The notes beneath the pieces are model-generated. The model searched no databases and was not told the DNA's origin. It saw only the letters and a list, made by a program, of their open reading frames with translations. Shown piece after piece: positions 27,988-38,665 of a stretch of 64,000 nt of DNA. Origin of the DNA: Escherichia coli (GTDB taxonomy: Bacteria > Pseudomonadota > Gammaproteobacteria > Enterobacterales > Enterobacteriaceae). The stretch lies in NCBI RefSeq assembly GCF_003334765.1, contig NZ_QOWT01000012.1; one strand, written 5' to 3'. The stretch's first letter is position 1. Each line of letters opens with the position of its first letter. A program made the translations under genes and the position numbers.

Positions 27988-29409
27988 TTAAACAATGTCC
28001 AGCGTGCCCAGGCGGTATTTCCGCTGATAGATAAACGAGGTGAGTACAATCGGGATGATGATGGCGATAGCCATTGCCAGCGCAAACACCTGCCAGTAGC
28101 TCGGTTGAATCGAGAGAATTCCCGGCAGGCCGCCTACGCCGATGCCATTCGCCATAACGCCGTTCAGGCCGCATAGCAATCCTGCCAGACCAGAACCAAT
28201 CATCGCGCACAGCATCGGGAAGCGATATTTCAGGTTGATGCCGTACATTGCAGGCTCAGTGACCCCAAGCCAGGCGGAGATAGCGGCAGGCACGGAGATC
28301 TCGCGTTCATTGTGCTTGCGGCTGGAAATGATAATGCCTATCACGGCGGAGCCCTGAGCGATATTCGACAGCGCAATCAGCGGCCACACTGGCGTACCAC
28401 CCATGCTTTGAATCATCTGCAAATCAATAGCAAGCGTGGTCTGGTGTACACCGGTGATCACCAGCGGGGCGTACAGGAAGCCAAACAATGCTGCGCCAAT
28501 AGGTGCAAAGCTGCCGGTCATCAGGTGACGTACCGCAAAGGCAACGCCATCGCCAATCATGCGTCCAAACGGACCAATCAGCGCATGGGCGAGGAACACC
28601 GCGAGGATCAGCGAACAGACGGGCACCACCACCAGATAGAGGTAATCCGGCACGATGCGTTTAAGGCGAGTTTCAATAACGCCCAGCGCCAGCCCGGCTA
28701 ACAGTGCCGGGATCACCTGCGCCTGATAGCCTACTTTGGCGATGCTGAACATGCCAAAGTCCCACACTTCCGGCAGCTGCTGCCCGAGCAGATAAGCGTT
28801 CATCAGCTGTGGAGAAACCAGCGTTACGCCAAGTACGATACCAAGGATCGGCGTGCCGCCCATTTTTTTCACCGCTGACCAGCAAATCCCGACCGGCAGG
28901 TAGAAGAAGATCGCTTCACCGATCAACCACAGAAAATCGTAGATCGTTTGCAGGGAAGGGTACATTTGCGCCAGCGTTTGACCGTTGCTCATGGGCAAAT
29001 CGCCGATCACATTGCGAAAACCGAGGATCAAACCGCCGCTAATCAACGCGGGCAGCAACGGGAAGAAGATCTCCGCGAAATGAGAGATCAACTGCTCATG
29101 CCATTTCATATTCTGCCGGGCGGCTTTTTTTACCTGCTCTTTATCAACCTGCGCCTGTCCGGTTGACGCAATCAGTGCTTGATAGTAATCACCCACATTG
29201 GTGCCAATCACCACCTGAAATTGCCCGGCATTGGTGAAACAGCCTTTCACCATGGGGAGTTGCTCAATTTCTTTCGGTCTGGCATTGGCCGGTTGGTTGA
29301 GGACAAAGCGCAGGCGAGTAATACAGTGGCTCACCGTCGCAATATTGCCGCGCCCGCCGACCAGTTCAATCAACCGATCGATATCCGTTTGGTTTATTTT
29401 GCTCATCAT
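27988..29409 (-). CDS. treB: PTS trehalose-specific EIIBC component
   Basis: 473-aa ORF with N-terminal EIIB cysteine motif (…VSHCITRLRF…) and polytopic EIIC domain. Confidence 0.92.
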   Translation of the reverse strand: MMSKINQTDIDRLIELVGGRGNIATVSHCITRLRFVLNQPANARPKEIEQLPMVKGCFTNAGQFQVVIGTNVGDYYQALIASTGQAQVDKEQVKKAARQNMKWHEQLISHFAEIFFPLLPALISGGLILGFRNVIGDLPMSNGQTLAQMYPSLQTIYDFLWLIGEAIFFYLPVGICWSAVKKMGGTPILGIVLGVTLVSPQLMNAYLLGQQLPEVWDFGMFSIAKVGYQAQVIPALLAGLALGVIETRLKRIVPDYLYLVVVPVCSLILAVFLAHALIGPFGRMIGDGVAFAVRHLMTGSFAPIGAALFGFLYAPLVITGVHQTTLAIDLQMIQSMGGTPVWPLIALSNIAQGSAVIGIIISSRKHNEREISVPAAISAWLGVTEPAMYGINLKYRFPMLCAMIGSGLAGLLCGLNGVMANGIGVGGLPGILSIQPSYWQVFALAMAIAIIIPIVLTSFIYQRKYRLGTLDIV

Positions 29410-29527
29410 AAAGCCCCATGGCAGATGACATTTTTGGTTGGCTGCAGAATATATTGCGCGGAAAAATTTAAAAACGGGAACGTTCCCGAAACGCAGCGAA
29501 GATCACAATTTATCGTTCAGGAAACGA

Positions 29528-30475
29528 TCAGGACAGGGTGGCGGGGATGATGATTTGTTGCGGTTCGCTGCGCCCGGTTACCTGTGCGATCAATTGGCAG
29601 GCCGCCTGGCGTCCAGCTTCGGCGTAACCAGGATCTACGGTGACGATCTCCGGATGAAGGAATTTCATTAACGGCGTATTACCGACGCTCGCCAGTTGCA
29701 AGGTGTCGATGCGTTGCTCTTGCAGGTATTTACTTGCGCCAAGTGCCAGCGTGTCGGTTGCGCACAGTAAGGCGGTAGTTTCAGGCGTAATCACTTTTGC
29801 TACGTTCTCATAGCCTTGCTTCATAGCAAGCCCTGGCAGAGCGGCAACGGGATGCAGTTTATGCGCTTTGCAGAACGCCAGGTAGGCTTCGTGACGTCGC
29901 TTACCGGTCGTCACGTCACTGTGCGGCACGCCGAGATAACTGATATTACGATGCCCCTGGTCATAGAGCCGTTGCATCAGGATCTTGATTGCCCCTTCGT
30001 CGTCATAACAGACCGAAGCAAAGCCTTTTGCGTCACGCGCCAGCAGAACCAGCGATGACTGCCAGTGGGCTAACATTTCTTCTGTTATGCCGGTAAAACC
30101 GAACAGCACTACGCCGTCGATATTACGCCGTTTTAGGATCCCCAAATGTTCGGCAACTAATTGCGGGGAAAACTGACTTTCCATCATGATTGGGTCGTAA
30201 CCTTGTTCATAGAACGCTGGCAGCATGGTTTGAACGGCGAGATTTTCTGACAACGAATCCAGGCGGGTAACAATGATGGCGACCACTTTATCGCTTTGCC
30301 CACGCATAGCGCGCGCAGAGCGGGAAGGGGAAAATCCATGCTGATTCATCACTGCTTCCACGCGCTCGCGCGTGCGCTGGCTCACGCCGCTTTCGTTATT
30401 CAGCACCCGGGAAACCGTAGATTTCCCCACGCCGCTTAAGCGCGCGATGTCTTTGATGGTCAGCCGATTTTGCAT
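29528..30475 (-). CDS. treR: Trehalose operon repressor (LacI family)
   Basis: 315-aa ORF with N-terminal HTH (TIKDIARLSGVGKSTVSRVLN). Confidence 0.92.
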   Translation of the reverse strand: MQNRLTIKDIARLSGVGKSTVSRVLNNESGVSQRTRERVEAVMNQHGFSPSRSARAMRGQSDKVVAIIVTRLDSLSENLAVQTMLPAFYEQGYDPIMMESQFSPQLVAEHLGILKRRNIDGVVLFGFTGITEEMLAHWQSSLVLLARDAKGFASVCYDDEGAIKILMQRLYDQGHRNISYLGVPHSDVTTGKRRHEAYLAFCKAHKLHPVAALPGLAMKQGYENVAKVITPETTALLCATDTLALGASKYLQEQRIDTLQLASVGNTPLMKFLHPEIVTVDPGYAEAGRQAACQLIAQVTGRSEPQQIIIPATLS

Positions 30476-30659
30476 CCTGTTGTCCCGTAACGTGTTGTTT
30501 AATTATTTGAGGCTAACTTTACCCGTGCATTCAGCAATGGGTAAAGTCTGGTTTATCGTTGGTTTAGTTGCCAGCAGGTATTATATCGCCATAAATGCTA
30601 CGAATATTATTGGATTCTCCTTATTATTTGCGGCGCTTTTTTCACTTACCGGAGGTTAT

Positions 30660-30713
30660 ATGGAACCTGATCCCACGCCTCTCCCTCGACGGAGATTAAA
30701 ACTTTTTCGGTAA
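30660..30713 (+). CDS. mgtL: mgtA leader peptide MgtL (17 aa, proline-rich)
   Basis: ATG at 30660 encodes [21 protein letters not shown] within the long mgtA 5' leader. Confidence 0.75.
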
Positions 30714-30853
30714 GCCCGTCTTTTCACGGCGTTACCGGATGCGTAAGGCCGTGACGTTTTAACGTCCCTGCTCAGCTTTATTACCTTCAGGTAAGGCTTC
30801 GCCACGCCTGAAGACATTTCTGTACTGTTTCAGACAGTGCGGAGGGACTCCTT

Positions 30854-33550
30854 ATGTTTAAAGAAATTTTTACCCGGCTCATTCGCCATTTACCTTCCCG
30901 TCTGGTTCATCGTGATCCATTGCCTGGCGCGCAGCAGACAGTGAATACGGTGGTCCCGCCGTCCTTAAGTGCGCATTGCCTGAAAATGGCGGTGATGCCC
31001 GAAGAAGAATTGTGGAAAACGTTCGACACCCATCCGGAAGGGTTAAATCAGGCGGAAGTGGAATCTGCCCGCGAACAACATGGTGAAAATAAATTACCCG
31101 CACAACAACCGTCGCCGTGGTGGGTACATTTATGGGTCTGCTATCGCAACCCCTTTAATATTTTACTCACCATTCTCGGCGCTATTTCTTACGCCACGGA
31201 AGATTTATTTGCCGCGGGCGTTATCGCGCTAATGGTCGCCATTTCTACGTTGCTGAACTTTATTCAGGAAGCACGTTCCACTAAAGCGGCAGATGCCCTG
31301 AAAGCGATGGTCAGCAATACTGCGACGGTGCTGCGCGTAATTAACGACAAAGGCGAAAATGGCTGGCTGGAGATCCCGATCGACCAGCTGGTGCCCGGCG
31401 ATATTATAAAACTGGCGGCGGGGGATATGATCCCGGCAGATTTACGTATCTTGCAGGCGCGGGATCTGTTCGTCGCTCAGGCGTCGTTAACCGGTGAGTC
31501 TCTGCCCGTAGAAAAAGCAGCTACCACTCGCCAGCCGGAGCACAGCAATCCGCTGGAGTGCGACACCCTGTGTTTTATGGGCACCACCGTGGTGAGCGGC
31601 ACGGCACAAGCAATGGTGATTGCTACAGGTGCCAATACCTGGTTTGGTCAACTGGCGGGGCGTGTTAGTGAGCAGGAAAGCGAGCCGAATGCCTTTCAGC
31701 AAGGGATCAGCCGCGTCAGTATGCTGCTGATTCGCTTTATGCTGGTGATGGCTCCGGTGGTGCTGTTAATCAATGGTTACACCAAAGGCGACTGGTGGGA
31801 AGCGGCACTGTTTGCGCTTTCGGTCGCGGTAGGCTTAACGCCGGAAATGTTGCCGATGATTGTTACCTCGACGCTGGCGCGCGGCGCAGTAAAGCTGTCG
31901 AAACAGAAAGTGATCGTCAAACATCTGGATGCTATTCAGAACTTTGGCGCAATGGATATTCTGTGCACTGATAAAACTGGCACCCTGACACAGGACAAAA
32001 TTGTGCTGGAGAATCATACCGATATCTCCGGTAAAACCAGCGAACGCGTGCTGCATAGCGCGTGGTTGAACAGTCATTATCAGACCGGACTTAAAAACCT
32101 GCTCGATACAGCGGTGCTCGAAGGTACGGATGAAGAGTCAGCGCGCTCGCTGGCCAGTCGTTGGCAAAAAATCGATGAGATTCCGTTTGATTTCGAGCGT
32201 CGCCGGATGTCGGTGGTAGTGGCAGAAAATACCGAGCACCATCAGCTGGTTTGCAAAGGTGCATTGCAGGAAATCCTCAATGTGTGTTCGCAGGTGCGTC
32301 ACAATGGCGAGATTGTGCCGCTCGATGACATCATGCTGCGTAAGATTAAGCGGGTTACTGATACGCTGAATCGTCAGGGGCTGCGCGTGGTTGCGGTGGC
32401 GACGAAATACCTGCCAGCGCGTGAAGGAGATTACCAGCGGGCGGATGAATCCGACCTGATCCTCGAAGGATATATTGCTTTCCTTGATCCGCCAAAAGAG
32501 ACAACTGCTCCGGCACTGAAGGCATTAAAAGCGAGTGGAATTACCGTAAAAATCCTTACTGGCGACAGTGAGTTAGTTGCAGCGAAAGTGTGCCATGAAG
32601 TGGGGCTGGACGCGGGAGAGGTGGTCATTGGTAGTGATATTGAAACGCTATCTGACGACGAACTGGCAAATCTCGCACAGCGCACCACGCTGTTTGCTCG
32701 TCTGACGCCGATGCATAAAGAACGCATTGTGACCTTACTGAAGCGCGAAGGGCATGTGGTTGGCTTTATGGGCGATGGTATTAATGATGCGCCCGCCTTA
32801 CGCGCTGCGGATATCGGCATTTCTGTGGACGGCGCGGTAGATATTGCCCGTGAAGCGGCTGATATCATCCTGCTGGAAAAAAGCCTGATGGTGCTGGAAG
32901 AGGGGGTTATTGAGGGACGTCGCACTTTCGCCAACATGCTGAAATACATCAAAATGACGGCGAGCTCTAACTTCGGTAATGTGTTCAGCGTGCTGGTGGC
33001 GAGTGCTTTCTTGCCCTTCCTGCCGATGTTGCCGTTACACTTGCTTATTCAGAACCTGCTGTACGATGTGTCACAGGTGGCGATCCCGTTTGATAACGTC
33101 GACGACGAGCAAATTCAAAAGCCGCAGCGTTGGAATCCGGCGGATCTGGGGCGCTTTATGATCTTCTTCGGACCGATCAGCTCGATCTTCGATATTCTGA
33201 CGTTTTGCCTGATGTGGTGGGTATTCCATGCCAACACGCCGGAAACGCAAACGCTGTTCCAGTCGGGATGGTTTGTGGTGGGCTTACTGTCGCAAACGCT
33301 GATTGTGCATATGATCCGTACCCGCCGTGTGCCGTTTATTCAGAGCTGTGCATCGTGGCCGTTAATGATCATGACCGTGATCGTGATGATTGTCGGGATC
33401 GCATTGCCGTTTTCACCGCTGGCCAGTTATCTGCAGCTGCAGGCGCTGCCGTTAAGCTATTTCCCGTGGCTGGTTGCGATTCTGGCAGGGTATATGACGT
33501 TAACCCAGTTGGTGAAAGGGTTCTATAGCCGTCGTTACGGCTGGCAGTAA
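30854..33550 (+). CDS. mgtA: Magnesium-transporting P-type ATPase
   Basis: 898-aa ORF with the P-type ATPase phosphorylation motif DKTGTLT and GDGINDAPAL. Confidence 0.95.
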   Translation: MFKEIFTRLIRHLPSRLVHRDPLPGAQQTVNTVVPPSLSAHCLKMAVMPEEELWKTFDTHPEGLNQAEVESAREQHGENKLPAQQPSPWWVHLWVCYRNPFNILLTILGAISYATEDLFAAGVIALMVAISTLLNFIQEARSTKAADALKAMVSNTATVLRVINDKGENGWLEIPIDQLVPGDIIKLAAGDMIPADLRILQARDLFVAQASLTGESLPVEKAATTRQPEHSNPLECDTLCFMGTTVVSGTAQAMVIATGANTWFGQLAGRVSEQESEPNAFQQGISRVSMLLIRFMLVMAPVVLLINGYTKGDWWEAALFALSVAVGLTPEMLPMIVTSTLARGAVKLSKQKVIVKHLDAIQNFGAMDILCTDKTGTLTQDKIVLENHTDISGKTSERVLHSAWLNSHYQTGLKNLLDTAVLEGTDEESARSLASRWQKIDEIPFDFERRRMSVVVAENTEHHQLVCKGALQEILNVCSQVRHNGEIVPLDDIMLRKIKRVTDTLNRQGLRVVAVATKYLPAREGDYQRADESDLILEGYIAFLDPPKETTAPALKALKASGITVKILTGDSELVAAKVCHEVGLDAGEVVIGSDIETLSDDELANLAQRTTLFARLTPMHKERIVTLLKREGHVVGFMGDGINDAPALRAADIGISVDGAVDIAREAADIILLEKSLMVLEEGVIEGRRTFANMLKYIKMTASSNFGNVFSVLVASAFLPFLPMLPLHLLIQNLLYDVSQVAIPFDNVDDEQIQKPQRWNPADLGRFMIFFGPISSIFDILTFCLMWWVFHANTPETQTLFQSGWFVVGLLSQTLIVHMIRTRRVPFIQSCASWPLMIMTVIVMIVGIALPFSPLASYLQLQALPLSYFPWLVAILAGYMTLTQLVKGFYSRRYGWQ

Positions 33551-33559
33551 AGAATAAAC

Positions 33560-33760
33560 TGGGCACGATAGCCCCGATTCAGATTGCAGACAAAGTGAGC
33601 GTTGTTCATGCCGGATGCGGCGTAAATGCCTTATCCGGCCTACAAATTCAATCAATTGCAGGAATCACGTAGGCCTGATAAGCGTAGCGCATCAGGCAAT
33701 TTTGCGTTTGTCATCAGATTTAATCCGGGCATGATAGCCCGGATTTCCATCAAGATTAGC
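33560..33760. repeat. REP elements and hairpins between mgtA and ridA
   Basis: GCCGGATGCGGCGTAAATGCCTTATCCGGCCTAC and GTAGGCCTGATAAGCGTAGCGCATCAGGCA units; flanking GGGCACGATAGCCCCG-type hairpins. Confidence 0.7.
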
Positions 33761-34142
33761 GACGAACAGCGATCGCTTCGATCTCAATTTTTACGTCTTT
33801 CGGCAGACGGGCAACTTCAACGCAAGAACGTGCCGGGAAGGTGGCATTGTGTTCGGTGAAGAAGGCTTCGTAGGTAGCATTAACGGTTGCGAAGTCGTTC
33901 AGATCTTTCACAAACACGGTGGTTTTAACGATGTCGCCCACTTTCAGGCCTGCGGCTTCGACGATCGCTTTTACGTTATCCAGCGACTGACGTGCCTGTG
34001 CAGCGACGTCTGCCGGTACTTCGCCCGTTTTCGGATTTACCGGGATCTGGCCGGAGGTGATGATCATATTGCCCAGATCAACGCCCTGTACGTAAGGACC
34101 GATAGCTGCCGGTGCATTTTCCGTCGCGATAGTTTTGCTCAT
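33756..34142 (-). CDS. ridA: Enamine/imine deaminase RidA (YjgF)
   Basis: Start at the internal ATG giving MSKTIATENAPAAIGPYVQGVDLGNMIITSGQIP...; 128 aa. Confidence 0.9.
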   Translation of the reverse strand: MSKTIATENAPAAIGPYVQGVDLGNMIITSGQIPVNPKTGEVPADVAAQARQSLDNVKAIVEAAGLKVGDIVKTTVFVKDLNDFATVNATYEAFFTEHNATFPARSCVEVARLPKDVKIEIEAIAVRR

Positions 34143-34214
34143 GATTTCTCCTTTATTACAGCGGTAAAAAGTCTGGCTCATTATAGGGAGCCAGACTTTT
34201 ATTACCAACCGCAA

Positions 34215-34676
34215 TTAATTGGCCAGCACCACATTATGGGAAAACTCTTTTTCACAGTATTTGCATTTGAGCGCGATGTCATTGGCGCGTTTTCGCACGG
34301 CAAAGCTGGAAGAAACCGGTTCGGCATGGCTGATACAGTTGCTGTTCGGGCAGACCAGCACATTGTCGATGCGCTCCGGCAGACTGGGGCGCGATTTACC
34401 CACCACTTCATAGTTGTCGATACGGTTAACCGTGGCTTGCGGCGCATACAATGCCAGTTGATCTACCTGATCTTCACTCAAAAAGGTATTTTCGATTTTG
34501 ATCAGATCTTTGCGGCCCATCTCGCCAGAAGGCAGGTTCAGACCAATGGTGATGCGCTGATCCGTTTCGGTCAGCTTGAACAGACTCAACAGCTTAAAAC
34601 CGATCTGGGCGGGGATATGGTCAATTACCGTGCCGCGTTTAATAGCTTCAACCTGCAATTTATTATCGTGTGTCAT
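34215..34676 (-). CDS. pyrI: Aspartate carbamoyltransferase regulatory subunit
   Basis: 153-aa [25 protein letters not shown]... with a C-terminal zinc-binding cysteine cluster. Confidence 0.95.
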
Positions 34677-34688
34677 CTCTATTTCCCC

Positions 34689-35624
34689 TTACAGTACCAG
34701 ATCGCGATTCAGAACCAGTGCCAGTAACGCCTGGCGAGCGAAAATCCCGTTGCCTGCCTGCTGGAAGTACCAGGCGTGTGGCGTTTTATCAACATCCGTC
34801 GCAATCTCATCAACACGCGGCAGCGGATGCAGCACTTTCATATTGGCTTTGGCGTTGTGGAGATCGCTGGCGCGAAGAACAAACTGCGCTTTCACGTTGG
34901 CGTACTCGGACGGGTCCAGACGCTCTTTTTGCACGCGGGTCATGTACAGGATGTCTACTTCCGCCATCACTTCTTCAATAGAGCTGTGCAGACTCCATGC
35001 GATCCCTTTTTCATCGAGCATATCCAGAATGTATTGCGGCATTGCCAGCGCGTCCGGCGCGATGAAGTAAAAACGGTTGCCATCGAACTTCGCTAACGCC
35101 TGAGTCAGGGAGTGAACGGTGCGGCCATATTTCAGGTCACCAACCATTGCGACGTGGAGATTGTCCAGACGCCCCTGGGTTTCCTGAATAGTGAATAAGT
35201 CCAGCAAGGTTTGCGTCGGATGTTGGTTGGAGCCATCACCGGCATTCAGTACCGGTACATTGCCGGAAAACTCGGTGGCCAGGCGCGCCGCACCTTCCTG
35301 CGGATGACGCATCACTATCGCATCGACGTAAGTGCTGATAACCGAAATGGTATCGGCCAGCGTTTCGCCCTTTTTACCCAGTGATGTATTGGCGCTGTCG
35401 GAGAAGCCCACCACGCTGGCACCCAGGCGGTGCATAGATGTTTCGAAAGAGAGGCGGGTACGGGTAGAGGCTTCGAAGAAACAGCTGGCAATGACTTTGT
35501 GCTTCAACAGCTCTGGTTGCGGGTTTGCTTTCAGTTTCGCCGCTGTCGCCAGCACCAGATTAAGGTCATCGCGACTAAGGTCGTTTATGGAAATGATATG
35601 TTTCTGATATAGCGGATTAGCCAT
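34689..35624 (-). CDS. pyrB: Aspartate carbamoyltransferase catalytic subunit
   Basis: 311-aa [24 protein letters not shown]... with the STRTR carbamoyl-phosphate motif. Confidence 0.95.
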
Positions 35625-35627
35625 CTT

Positions 35628-35762
35628 TTATCTCCTGACGCCTGGGCAAAAAAAAGCCCCTCGATTGAGGGGCTGGGAATGGGTGATCAACGGGAAGAAA
35701 AACGGCAGGCCAGCGTCTTTTTTCAGACGCGGTAAGACAAAATGTCGAACACACTGAACCAT
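35628..35762 (-). CDS. pyrL: pyrBI operon leader peptide (attenuator)
   Basis: 44-codon ORF MVQCVRHFVLPRLKKDAGLPFFFPLITHSQPLNRGAFFCPGVRR ending 3 bp before the pyrB start; contains the attenuator hairpin/U-tract region. Confidence 0.75.
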   Translation of the reverse strand: MVQCVRHFVLPRLKKDAGLPFFFPLITHSQPLNRGAFFCPGVRR

Positions 35763-36042
35763 ACATCCTCCCGGCAAATTGTCCGGCATTATACTCATAG
35801 CCAGAAGCGGTGCAAGCATTTGATGCAATATTTTGTCAGCGCAAACGGTTTATTTGAATTAAAAGTCAAAATGTATGCATTTTTATTTGCTTTGATTCTG
35901 GAGGAGAACTGTCGTTCGGTATCAATAATTGCAGACATTTCCTGCTTTTTTCTTTTTCACTTTCACGCAATCAGATATGCATTTTATTCCATTCATCCGA
36001 CTTATAGGGCGGAGTGTGAAAACGAACGGCTAACACTATTGC

Positions 36043-36438
36043 TTACAGCTCAGGGATGCGCGCTATCACTTTAATTTCAAAATCAAAGCCTGCCAGCCAG
36101 GTAACGCCCACCGCCGTCCAGTTTGGATAAGGAGGGGCGCTAAATATTTCATTTTTGACCGTCATGATGTCTTCAAATTGTTTTTCCGGATCGGTATGAA
36201 AGCTCGTAACATCAATGATATCGTCAAAAGTGCATCCCGCAGCAGCCAGGGTCGCATGCAAATTATCAAATGCCAGTCTGACTTGTTGCTGAAAATCGGG
36301 TTCTGGTGTTCCGTCCTCTCGACTTCCTACTTGCCCGGAAACAAACAGCAAATCGCCGGAACGAATAGCCGCAGAATAACGATGCTCAGCATACAGTGAA
36401 TGTCGGCCAGCAGGGAAAACAGCGGTTCTTTCTACCAT
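36043..36438 (-). CDS. yjgH: RidA-family protein YjgH
   Basis: 131-aa ORF of the YjgF/RidA fold; position between pyrL and bdcA as in E. coli. Confidence 0.82.
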   Translation of the reverse strand: MVERTAVFPAGRHSLYAEHRYSAAIRSGDLLFVSGQVGSREDGTPEPDFQQQVRLAFDNLHATLAAAGCTFDDIIDVTSFHTDPEKQFEDIMTVKNEIFSAPPYPNWTAVGVTWLAGFDFEIKVIARIPEL

Positions 36439-36568
36439 TTGGTTATCCTCAAGATTTACGACATGAACAGAAGATTTCTCTTTACCGGGAGCCGCTTTTA
36501 GCGGACGACGTGAGTAAACAAAACCCAGACATCATGGATAATGGCTGGGCTTAATTGAGCGTAGTCGG

Positions 36569-37282
36569 TTATGCGCCAAACGCGCCATCAATGGTATGCA
36601 TCGCGCCGGTAACAAAACTGGCTTCTGGCCCTGCTAACCATGCGACCATACCAGCGACCTCTTCCGGTTGCCCATGTCTTTTGATAGCCATCAAACTATG
36701 CAACATATCGCGCATTGGCCCGTTGGCGGGATTAGCGTCGGTATCAATTGGCCCTGGCTGGACGACGTTAATGGTGATCCCACGCGGTCCAAAATCACGG
36801 GCCAGCCCGCGCGCCATGCCTTGCAGGGCAGATTTGCTGGCGGCATAAGCAGCCATGCCTGCAACAGGCATACGATCGCCATTCACGGAGCCGATGATTA
36901 AGATGCGCCCGCCTTCGGGCATCTGCCGGGCGGCTTCAACAGAGGCATGATAAGGAGCATGAATATTGATTTTGAAAAGGCGATCAATATCGTCGGCATT
37001 TAATTCCAGGGCATCGCCAAAGACGCCAATACCTGCATTTACCACCAGGATATCCAATGCGCCGCTCTTACGAACGACATCAATGACAGCGTCTCTGTCA
37101 GCACTATCTGTAAATACTGCTGTCGCTCCAGTCTCTTGTGCCAGATGTTCAGCGGCATCTTTCGACCCCGCATAAGTGAATCGTACATTGGCCCCATCAG
37201 TGACGAAACGACGTACGATAGCGGCACCGATTCCACGACTGCCACCGAGGATGAGAACTGTCTTACCTGTAAAAGCGCCCAT
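36569..37282 (-). CDS. bdcA: Short-chain dehydrogenase/reductase BdcA (c-di-GMP-binding biofilm dispersal mediator)
   Basis: Start at the internal ATG giving MGAFTGKTVLILGGSRGIGAAIVRRF... (Rossmann TGxxxGxG motif); 237 aa. Confidence 0.85.
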   Translation of the reverse strand: MGAFTGKTVLILGGSRGIGAAIVRRFVTDGANVRFTYAGSKDAAEHLAQETGATAVFTDSADRDAVIDVVRKSGALDILVVNAGIGVFGDALELNADDIDRLFKINIHAPYHASVEAARQMPEGGRILIIGSVNGDRMPVAGMAAYAASKSALQGMARGLARDFGPRGITINVVQPGPIDTDANPANGPMRDMLHSLMAIKRHGQPEEVAGMVAWLAGPEASFVTGAMHTIDGAFGA

Positions 37283-37352
37283 AAGGACTCCTTGATTTAT
37301 TATGTAACATGCATTACAAAACTGTTTTAACTTTCTGTCAACAAGTTTTGTA

Positions 37353-37946
37353 ATGGTCACTAAAAAACAATCTCGCGTTCCAGGTCGTCCCAGACGTTTC
37401 GCTCCTGAGCAGGCAGTCTCTGCGGCAAAAGTGCTTTTTCACCAAAAAGGTTTCGATGCTGTCAGTGTTGCTGAAGTTACTGATTATCTTGGTATTAACC
37501 CCCCGAGCCTCTACGCAGCTTTTGGCAGTAAAGTTGGGTTATTTAGCCGTGTACTCAATGAATATGTCGGTACGGAAGCTATTCCGCTTGCCGATATTCT
37601 TCGTGATGATCGTCCGGTAGGCGAGTGCCTGGTTGAGGTATTAAAAGAAGCGGCGCGCAGATATAGCCAAAACGGCGGCTGCGCTGGCTGTATGGTTCTT
37701 GAAGGTATTCATAGTCATGATCCACAAGCGCGTGATATTGCCGTTCAATATTATCACGCCGCAGAAACGACCATTTATGACTATATCGCCAGGCGGCATC
37801 CACAAAGCGCACAATGTGTGACTGATTTTATGAGTACCGTGATGTCAGGGCTTTCTGCGAAGGCACGGGAGGGGCACTCCATCGAACAACTCTGTGCAAC
37901 AGCTGCACTGGCGGGGGAAGCGATAAAAACTATTCTCAAGGAGTGA
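37353..37946 (+). CDS. bdcR: TetR-family transcriptional regulator BdcR
   Basis: 197-aa ORF divergent from bdcA with an N-terminal TetR-type HTH. Confidence 0.82.
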   Translation: MVTKKQSRVPGRPRRFAPEQAVSAAKVLFHQKGFDAVSVAEVTDYLGINPPSLYAAFGSKVGLFSRVLNEYVGTEAIPLADILRDDRPVGECLVEVLKEAARRYSQNGGCAGCMVLEGIHSHDPQARDIAVQYYHAAETTIYDYIARRHPQSAQCVTDFMSTVMSGLSAKAREGHSIEQLCATAALAGEAIKTILKE

Positions 37947-38078
37947 TGCTGGCCTTGACCCGAAAGGCGGGAACGCGCCTGCCGATAAGTTGTGATAAGA
38001 CAATAATTCACGCGTTAAGGCTAGCGGAATTGATCATCTTTTCGTATAACGGTGGAAATGAAACATTGTTTTAATTAA

Positions 38079-38543
<465 letters not shown>

Positions 38544-38665
38544 TGACTTTTCGCCGTAAATAACTCCAGGTTTACGGCGAGTTTGTGAAAAGAGCGTTTT
38601 TTGATATTTTTTTGTGAGTAGAATTTGTAATGCTTAGACGTTCTTATTAACTCAAGGAGTCCGTC

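Noticed and set aside
33849-34727. 292-aa plus-strand ORF spanning ridA and pyrI
   Set aside because: Overlaps two well-supported minus-strand genes; no coding signal of its own.
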